From: Auanema rhodensis
Taxonomy: Eukaryota; Animalia; Nematoda
Reading direction: 5' to 3'
DNA: 64,000 bases
NCBI GenBank assembly: GCA_964057225.1
Contig: OZ059900.1
Span: 21,390,001-21,454,000 of the forward strand
The first letter of the stretch is position 1, and every line of letters starts with the position of its first letter. The notes beneath the pieces were generated by a model. The model searched no databases. It was given only the letters and a program-made list of their open reading frames with translations, and was not told the DNA's origin. Made by a program: the position numbers and the translations under genes. Below are positions 1 to 9,909 of this stretch, piece by piece.

Positions 1-342
1 ACCTAGCTCAAAATTGTTCGTACAACGTCTAGTTCCACTTTCACGACAAAAAAACAGGGGTTAGAAAATTAAGGAAATTAGCATATTCTGAGGGCACGCC
101 CCTTATGGCTAATATTGATTAAATCGATTTTTGTTCATATGAGTAGTCAAATGCAACGAATTTCAGCGTGTCACATACTAAAATGAAGCATTTTACATGC
201 TGAACATTAGAAAAATACAAAAACACAGTATTTCCCATGAGAAATATTTTATTATGCTGGAAAACCAGTTTTTGGAAATTTCGCTGTAAACAAGGTTTTG
301 ACTTACGATTTCATGTGTTCAAACTCATGCAATGTCAATGAA
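1..342 (+). repeat. Representative 342-bp monomer (phase chosen arbitrarily at the window start)
   Basis: 1-342 is repeated at 343-684 with about 3 substitutions. I counted 115 G+C in 342 bases (about 34% GC). Confidence 0.97.
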
Positions 343-3300
343 ACCTAGCTCAAAATTGTTCGTACAACGTCTAGTTCCACTTTCACGACAAAAAAACAGG
401 GGTTAGAAAATTAAGGAAATTAGCATATTCTGAGGGCACGCCCCTTATGGCTAATATTGATTAAATCGATTTTTGTTCATATGAGTCGTCAAATGCAACG
501 AATTTCAGCGTGTTACATACTAAAATGAAGCATTTTACATGCTGAACACTAGAAAAATACAAAAACACAGTATTTCCCATGAGAAATATTTTATTATGCT
601 GGAAAACCAGTTTTTGGAAATTTCGCTGTAAACAAGGTTTTGACTTACGATTTCATGTGTTCAAACTCATGCAATGTCAATGAAACCTATCTCAAAATTG
701 TTCCTACAACGTCTAGTTCCACTTTCACGACAAAAAAACAGGGGTTAGAAAATTAAGGAAATTAGCATATTCTGAGGGCACGCCCCTTATGGCTAATATT
801 GATTAAATCGATTTTTGTTCATATGAGTCGTCAAATGAAACGAATTTCAGCGTGTTACATACTAAAATGAAGCATTTTACATGCTGAACACTATAAAAAT
901 ACAAAAACACAGTATTTCCCATGAGAAATATTTTATTATGCTGGAAAACCAGTTTTTGGAAATTTCGCTGTAAACAAGTTTTTGACTTACGATTTCATGT
1001 GTTGAAACTCATGCAATGTCAATGAAACCTAGCTCATAATTGTTCCTACAACGTCTAGTTCCACTTTCACGACAAAAAAACAGGGGTTAGAAAATTAAGG
1101 AAATTAGCATATTCTGAGGGCACGCCTCTTATGGCTAATATTGATTAAATCGATTTTTGTTCATATGAGTCGTCAAATGCAACGAATTTCAGCGTGTTAC
1201 ATACTAAAATGAAGCATTTTACATGCTGAACACTATAAAAATACAAAAACACAGTATTTCCCATGAGAAATATTTTATTATGCTGGAAAACCAGTTTTTG
1301 GAAATTTCGCTGTAAACAAGGTTTTGACTTACGATTTCATCTGTTCAAACTCATGCAATGTCAATGAAACCTAGCTCAAAATTGTTCGTACAACGTCTAG
1401 TTCCACTTTCACGACAAAAAAACAGGGGTTAGAAAATTAAGGAAATTAGCATATTCTGAGGGCACGCCCCTTATGGCTAATATTGATTAAATCGATTTTT
1501 GTTCATATGAGTAGTCAAATGCAACGAATTTCAGCGTGTTACATACTAAAATGAAGCATTTTACATGCTGAACACTAGAAAAATACAAAAACACAGTATT
1601 TCCCATGAGAAATATTTTATTATGCTGGAAAACCAGTTTTTGGAAATTTCGCTGTAAACAAGGTTTTGACTTACGATTTCATGTGTTCAAACTCATGCAA
1701 TGTCAATGAAACCTAGCTCAAAATTGTTCGTACAACGTCTAGTTCCACTTTCACGACAAAAAAACAGGGGTTAGAAAATTAAGGAAATTAGCATATTCTG
1801 AGGGCACGCCCCTTATGGCTAATATTGATTAAATCGATTTTTGTTCATATGAGTCGTCAAATGCAACGAATTTCAGCGTGTTACATACTAAAATGAAGCA
1901 TTTTACATGCTGAACACTAGAAAAATACAAAAACACAGTATTTCCCATGAGAAATATTTTATTATACTGGAAACCAGTTTTTGGAATTTTCGCTGTAAAC
2001 AAGGTTTTGACTTACGATTTCATGTGTTCAAACTCATGCAATGTCAATGAAACCTAGCTCAAAATTGTTCCTACAACGTCTAGTTCCACTTTCACGACAA
2101 AAAAACAGGGGTTAGAAAATTAAGGAAATTAGCATATTCTGAGGGCACGCCCTTTATGGCTAATATTGATTAAATCGATTTTTGTTCATATGGGTCGTCA
2201 AATGCAACGAATTTCAGCGTGTTACATACTAAAATGAAGCATTTTACATGCTGAACACTATAAAAATACAAAAACACAGTATTTCCCATGAGAAATATTT
2301 TATTATGCTGGAAAACCAGTTTTTGGAAATTTCGCTGTAAACAAGGTTTTGACTTACGATTTCATGTGTTCAAACTCATGCAATGTCAATGAAACCTAGC
2401 TCAAAATTGTTCCTACAACGTCTAGTTCCACTTTCACGACAAAAAAACAGGGGTTAGAAAATTAAGGAAATTAGCATATTCTGAGGGCACGCCCCTTATG
2501 GCTAATATTGATTAAATCGATTTTTGTTCATATGAGTAGTCAAATGCAACGAATTTCAGCGTGTTACATACTAAAATGAAGCATTTTACATGCTGAACAC
2601 TAGAAAAATACAAAAACACAGTATTTCCCATGAGAAATATTTTATTATGCTGGAAAACCAGTTTTTGGAAATTTCGCTGTAAACAAGGTTTTGACTTACG
2701 ATTTCATGTGTTCAAACTCATGCAATGTCAATGAAACCTAGCTCAAAACTGTTCCTACAACGTCTAGTTCCACTTTCACGACAAAAAAACAGGGGTTAGA
2801 AAATTAAGGAAATTAGCATATTCTGAGGGCACGCCCCTTATGGCTAATATTGATTAAATCGATTTTTGTTCATATGAGTCGTCAAATGCAACGAATTTCA
2901 GCGTGTTACATACTAAAATGAAGCATTTTACATGCTGAACACTATAAAAATACAAAAACACAGTATTTCCCATGAGAAATATTTTATTATGCTGGAAAAC
3001 CAGTTTTTGGAAATTTCGCTGTAAACAAGGTTTTGACTTACGATTTCATGTGTTCAAACTCATGCAATGTCAATGAAACCTAGCTCATAATTGTTCCTAC
3101 AACGTCTAGTTCCACTTTCACGACAAAAAAACAGGGGTTAGAAAATTAAGAAAATTAGCATATTCTGAGGGCACGCCTCTTATGGCTAATATTGATTAAA
3201 TCGATTTTTGTTCATATGAGTCGTCAAATGCAACGAATTTCAGCGTGTTACATACTAAAATGAAGCATTTTACATGCTGAACACTATAAAAATACAAAAA

Positions 3301-6300
3301 CACAGTATTTCCCATGAGAAATATTTTATTATGCTGGAAAACCAGTTTTTGGAAATTTCGCTGTAAACAAGGTTTTGACTTACGATTTCATGTGTTCAAA
3401 CTCATGCAATGTCAATGAAACCTAGCTCAAAATTGTTCGTACAACGTCTAGTTCCACTTTCACGACAAAAAAACAGGGGTTAGAAAATTAAGGAAATTAG
3501 CATATTCTGAGGGCACGCCCCTTATGGCTAATATTGATTAAATCGATTTTTGTTCATATGAGTCGTCAAATGCAACGAATTTCAGCGTGTTACATACTAA
3601 AATGAAGCATTTTACATGCTGAACACTAAAAAAATACAAAAACACAGTATTTCCCATGAGAAATATTTTATTATGCTGGAAAACCAGTTTTTGGAAATTT
3701 CGCTGTAAACAAGGTTTTGACTTACGATTTCATGTGTTCAAACTCATGCAATGTCAGTGAAACCTAGCTCAAAATTGTTCCTACAACGTCTAGTTCCACT
3801 TTCACGACAAAAAAACAGGGGTTAGAAAATTAAGGAAATTAGCATATTCTGAGGGCACGCCCTTTATGGCTAATATTGATTAAATCGATTTTTGTTCATA
3901 TGAGTCGTCAAATGCAACGAATTTCAGCGTGTTACATACTAAAATGAAGCATTTTACATGCTGAACACTATAAAAATACAAAAACACAGTATTTCCCATG
4001 AGAAATATTTTATTATGCTGGAAAACCAGTTTTTGGAAATTTCGCTGTAAACAAGGTTTTGACTTACGATTTCATGTGTTCAAACTCATGCAATGTCAAT
4101 GAAACCTAGCTCAAAATTGTTCCTACAACGTCTAGTTCCACTTTCACGACAAAAAAACAGGGGTTAGAAAATTAAGGAAATTAGCATATTCTGAGGGCAC
4201 GCCCTTTATGGCTAATATTGATTAAATCGATTTTTGTTCATATGAGTCGTCAAATGCAACGAATTTCAGCGTGTTACATACTAAAATGAAGCATTTTACA
4301 TGCTGAACACTATAAAAATACAAAAACACAGTATTTCCCATGAGAAATATTTTATTATGCTGGAAAATCAGTTTTTGGAAATTTCGCTGTAAACAAGGTT
4401 TTGACTTACAATTTCATGTGTTCAAACTCATGCAATGTCAATGAAACCTAGCTCAAAATTGTTCCTACAACGTCTAATTCCACTTTCACGACAAAAAAAC
4501 AGGGGTTAGAAAATTAAGGAAATTAGCATATTCTGAGGGCACGCCCCTTATGGCTAATATTGATTAAATCGATTTTTGTTCATATGAGTCGTGAAATGCA
4601 ACGAATTTCAGCGTGTTACATACTAAAATGAAGCATTTTACATGCTGAACACTAGAAAAATACAAAAACACAGTATTTCCCATGAGAAATATTTTATTAT
4701 GCTGGAAAACCAGTTTTTGGAAATTTCGCTGTAAACAAGGTTTTGACTTACGATTTCATGTGTTCAAACTCATGCAATGTCAATGAAACCTAGCTCAAAA
4801 TTGTTCGTACAACGTCTAGTTCCACTTTCACGACAAAAAAACAGGGGTTAGAAAATTAAGGAAGTTAGCATATTCTGAGGGCACGCCCCTTATGGCTAAT
4901 ATTGATTAAATCGATTTTTGTTCATATGAGTCGTCAAATGCAACGAATTTCAGCGTGTTACATACTAAAATGAAGCATTTTACATGCTGAACACTAGAAA
5001 AATACAAAAACACAGTATTTCCCATGAGAAATATTTTATTATGCTGGAAAACCAGTTTTTGGAAATTTCGCTGTAAACAAGGTTTTGACTTACGATTTCA
5101 TGTGTTCAAACTCATGCAATGTCAATGAAACCTAGCTCAAAATTGTTCCTACAACGTCTAGTTCCACTTTCACGACAAAAAAACAGGGGTTAGAAAATTA
5201 AGGAAATTAGCATATTCTGAGGGCACGCCCCTTATGGCTAATATTGATTAAATCGATTTTTGTTCATATGAGTCGTCAAATGCAACGAATTTCAGCGTGT
5301 TACATACTAAAATGAAGCATTTTACATGCTGAACACTAGAAAAATACAAAAACACAGTATTTCCCATGAGAAATATTTTATTATGCTGGAAAACCAGTTT
5401 TTGGAAATTTCGCTGTAAACAAGGTTTTGACTTACGATTTCATGTGTTCAAACTCATGCAATGTCAATGAAACCTAGCTGAAAATTGTTCCTACAACGTC
5501 TAGTTCCACTTTCACGACAAAAAAACAGGGGATAGAAAATTAAGGAAATTAGCATATTCTGAGGGCACGCCCCTTATGGCTAATATTGATTAAATCGATT
5601 TTTGTTCATATGAGTCGTCAAATGCAACGAATTTCAGCGTGTTACATACTAAAATGAAGCATTTTACATGCTGAACACTATAAAAATACAGAAACACAGT
5701 ATTTCCCATGAGAAATATTTTATTATGCTGGAAAACCAGTTTTTGGAAATTTCGCTGTAAACAAGGTTTTGACTTACGATTTCATGTGTTCAAACTCATG
5801 CAATGTCAATGAAACCTAGCTCAAAATTGTTCGTACAACGTCTAGTTCCACTTTCACGACAAAAAAACAGGGGTTAGAAAATTAAGGAAATTAGCATATT
5901 CTGAGGGCACGCCCCTTATGGCTAATATTGATTAAATCGATTTTTGTTCATATGAGTCGTCAAATGCAACGAATTTCAGCGTGTTACATACTAAAATGAA
6001 GCATTTTACATGCTGAACACTATAAAAATACAAAAACACAGTATTTCCCATGAGAAATATTTTATTATGCTGGAAAACAAGTTTTTGGAAATTTCGCTGT
6101 AAACAAGGTTTTGACTTACGATTTCATGTGTTCAAACTCATGCAATGTCAATGAAACCTAGCTCAAAATTGTTCGTACAACGTCTAGTTCCACTTTCACG
6201 ACAAAAAAACAGGGGTTAGAAAATTAAGGAAATTAGCATATTCTGAGGGCACGCCCCTTATGGCTAATATTGATTAAATCGATTTTTGTTCATATGAGTC

Positions 6301-6800
6301 GTCAAATGCAACGAATTTCAGCGTGTTACATACTAAAATGAAGCATTTTACATGCTGAACACTATAAAAATACAAAAACACAGTATTTCCCATGAGAAAT
6401 ATTTTATTATGCTGGAAAACCAGTTTTTGGAAATTTCGCTGTAAACAAGGTTTTGACTTACGATTTCATGTGTTCAAACTCATGCAATGTCAATGAAACC
6501 TAGCTCAACATTGTTCCTACAACGTCTAGTTCCACTTTCACGACAAAAAACAGGGGTTAGAAAATTAAGGAAATTAGCATATTCTGAGGGCACGCCCCTT
6601 ATGGCTAATATTGATTAAATCGATTTTTGTTCATATGAGTCGTCAAATGCAACGAATTTCAGCGTGTTACATACTAAAATGAAGCATTTTACATGCTGAA
6701 CACTAAAAAAATACAAAAACACAGTATTTCCCATGAGAAATATTTTATTATGCTGGAAAACCAGTTTTTGGAAATTTCGCTGTAAACAAGGTTTTGACTT
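1..6800 (+). repeat. Left forward-orientation block, 19 full monomers plus one truncated at monomer position 304
   Basis: Monomer starts run from 1 to 6498. The forward sequence stops at ...gttttgactt (6800) instead of continuing into acgatttc. Confidence 0.95.
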
Positions 6801-9800
6801 TTGAGCTAGGTTTCATTGACATTGCATGAGTTTGAACACATGAAATCGTAAGTCAAAACCTTGTTTACAGCGAAATTTCCAAAAACTGGTTTTCCAGCAT
6901 AATAAAATATTTCTCATGGGAAATACTGTGTTTTTGTATTTTTATAGTGTTCAGCATGTAAAATGCTTCATTTTAGTATGTAACACGCTGAAATTCGTTG
7001 CATTTGACGACTCATATGAACAAAAATCGATTTAATCAATATTAGCCATAAAGGGCGTGCCCTCAGAATATGCTAATTTCCTTAATTTTCTAACCCCTGT
7101 TTTTTTGTCGTGAAAGTGGAACTAGACGTTGTAGGAACAATTTTGAGCTAGGTTTCACTGACATTGCATGAGTTTGAACACATGAAATCGTAAGTCAAAA
7201 CCTTGTTTACAGCGAAATTTCCAAAAACTGGTTTTCCAGCATAATAAAATATTTCTCATGGGAAATACTGTGTTTTTGTATTTTTTTAGTGTTCAGCATG
7301 TAAAATGCTTCATTTTAGTATGTAACACGCTGAAATTCGTTGCATTTGACGACTCATATGAACAAAAATCGATTTAATCAATATTAGCCATAAGGGGCGT
7401 GCCCTCAGAATATGCTAATTTCCTTAATTTTCTAACCCCTGTTTTTTTGTCGTGAAAGTGGAACTAGACGTTGTACGAACAATTTTGAGCTAGGTTTCAT
7501 TGACATTGCATGAGTTTGAACACATGAAATCGTAAGTCAAAACCTTGTTTACAGCGAAATTTCCAAAAACTGGTTTTCCAGCATAATAAAATATTTCTCA
7601 TGGGAAATACTGTGTTTTTGTATTTTTCTAGTGTTCAGCATGTAAAATGCTTCATTTTAGTATGTAACACGCTGAAATTCGTTGCATTTGACGACTCATA
7701 TGAACAAAAATCGATTTAATCAATATTAGCCATAAGGGGCGTGCCCTCAGAATATGCTAATTTCCTTAATTTTCTAACCCCTGTTTTTTTGTCGTGAAAG
7801 TGGAACTAGACGTTGTAGGAACAATTTTGAGCTAGGTTTCATTGACATTGCATGAGTTTGAACACATGAAATCGTAAGTCAAAACCTTGTTTACAGCGAA
7901 ATTTCCAAAAACTGGTTTTCCAGCATAATAAAATATTTCTCATGGGAAATACTGTGTTTTTGTATTTTTCTAGTGTTCAGCATGTAAAATGCTTCATTTT
8001 AGTATGTAACACGCTGAAATTCGTTGCATTTGACGACTCATATGAACAAAAATCGATTTAATCAATATTAGCCATAAGGGGCGTGCCCTCAGAATATGCT
8101 AACTTCCTTAATTTTCTAACCCCTGTTTTTTTGTCGTGAAAGTGGAACTAGACGTTGTACGAACAATTTTGAGCTAGGTTTCATTGACATTGCATGAGTT
8201 TGAACACATGAAATCGTAAGTCAAAACCTTGTTTACAGCGAAATTTCCAAAAACTGGTTTTCCAGCATAATAAAATATTTCTCATGGGAAATACTGTGTT
8301 TTTGTATTTTTCTAGTGTTCAGCATGTAAAATGCTTCATTTTAGTATGTAACACGCTGAAATTCGTTGCATTTCACGACTCATATGAACAAAAATCGATT
8401 TAATCAATATTAGCCATAAGGGGCGTGCCCTCAGAATATGCTAATTTCCTTAATTTTCTAACCCCTGTTTTTTTGTCGTGAAAGTGGAATTAGACGTTGT
8501 AGGAACAATTTTGAGCTAGGTTTCATTGACATTGCATGAGTTTGAACACATGAAATTGTAAGTCAAAACCTTGTTTACAGCGAAATTTCCAAAAACTGAT
8601 TTTCCAGCATAATAAAATATTTCTCATGGGAAATACTGTGTTTTTGTATTTTTATAGTGTTCAGCATGTAAAATGCTTCATTTTAGTATGTAACACGCTG
8701 AAATTCGTTGCATTTGACGACTCATATGAACAAAAATCGATTTAATCAATATTAGCCATAAAGGGCGTGCCCTCAGAATATGCTAATTTCCTTAATTTTC
8801 TAACCCCTGTTTTTTTGTCGTGAAAGTGGAACTAGACGTTGTAGGAACAATTTTGAGCTAGGTTTCATTGACATTGCATGAGTTTGAACACATGAAATCG
8901 TAAGTCAAAACCTTGTTTACAGCGAAATTTCCAAAAACTGGTTTTCCAGCATAATAAAATATTTCTCATGGGAAATACTGTGTTTTTGTATTTTTATAGT
9001 GTTCAGCATGTAAAATGCTTCATTTTAGTATGTAACACGCTGAAATTCGTTGCATTTGACGACTCATATGAACAAAAATCGATTTAATCAATATTAGCCA
9101 TAAAGGGCGTGCCCTCAGAATATGCTAATTTCCTTAATTTTCTAACCCCTGTTTTTTTGTCGTGAAAGTGGAACTAGACGTTGTAGGAACAATTTTGAGC
9201 TAGGTTTCACTGACATTGCATGAGTTTGAACACATGAAATCGTAAGTCAAAACCTTGTTTACAGCGAAATTTCCAAAAACTGGTTTTCCAGCATAATAAA
9301 ATATTTCTCATGGGAAATACTGTGTTTTTGTATTTTTTTAGTGTTCAGCATGTAAAATGCTTCATTTTAGTATGTAACACGCTGAAATTCGTTGCATTTG
9401 ACGACTCATATGAACAAAAATCGATTTAATCAATATTAGCCATAAGGGGCGTGCCCTCAGAATATGCTAATTTCCTTAATTTTCTAACCCCTGTTTTTTT
9501 GTCGTGAAAGTGGAACTAGACGTTGTACGAACAATTTTGAGCTAGGTTTCATTGACATTGCATGAGTTTGAACACATGAAATCGTAAGTCAAAACCTTGT
9601 TTACAGCGAAATTTCCAAAAACTGGTTTTCCAGCATAATAAAATATTTCTCATGGGAAATACTGTGTTTTTGTATTTTTATAGTGTTCAGCATGTAAAAT
9701 GCTTCATTTTAGTATGTAACACGCTGAAATTCGTTGCATTTGACGACTCATATGAACAAAAATCGATTTAATCAATATTAGCCATAAGAGGCGTGCCCTC

Positions 9801-9909
9801 AGAATATGCTAATTTTCTTAATTTTCTAACCCCTGTTTTTTTGTCGTGAAAGTGGAACTAGACGTTGTAGGAACAATTATGAGCTAGGTTTCATTGACAT
9901 TGCATGAGT
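6799..9909 (-). repeat. Inverted satellite block, 3,111 bp, about 9.1 monomers
   Basis: The sequence reads ttttgagctaggtttcattgacattgcatgag..., the reverse complement of the monomer, from 6799 until ...tgcatgagt at 9909. Confidence 0.97.

Noticed and set aside
56-75. Telomere-like motifs (ggggttag, variant atttagg)
   Set aside because: These are single partial matches per monomer and never occur in tandem.
1-342. Identification as primate alpha satellite dimer or another named ~342-bp satellite
   Set aside because: The length is similar, but I do not recognise alpha satellite sequence in it. A database search is needed, and length alone is not evidence.
1-342. 5S rDNA, tRNA or snRNA tandem gene unit
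   Set aside because: I found no recognisable 5S or tRNA sequence, Pol III A/B/C boxes or cloverleaf.
1-342. Helically phased A-tracts causing strong DNA curvature
   Set aside because: A/T tracts are abundant, but I could not see a sustained 10-11 bp phasing by eye. A curvature computation would be needed.
6799-9909. Fold-back read chimera or missed-adapter artefact as the cause of the inversion
   Set aside because: Such an artefact would mirror the immediately adjacent monomers (M20, M19, M18). The block instead copies M10-M16 plus M11-M12, has no adapter sequence and has two junctions. Mis-assembly still needs to be excluded with reads.
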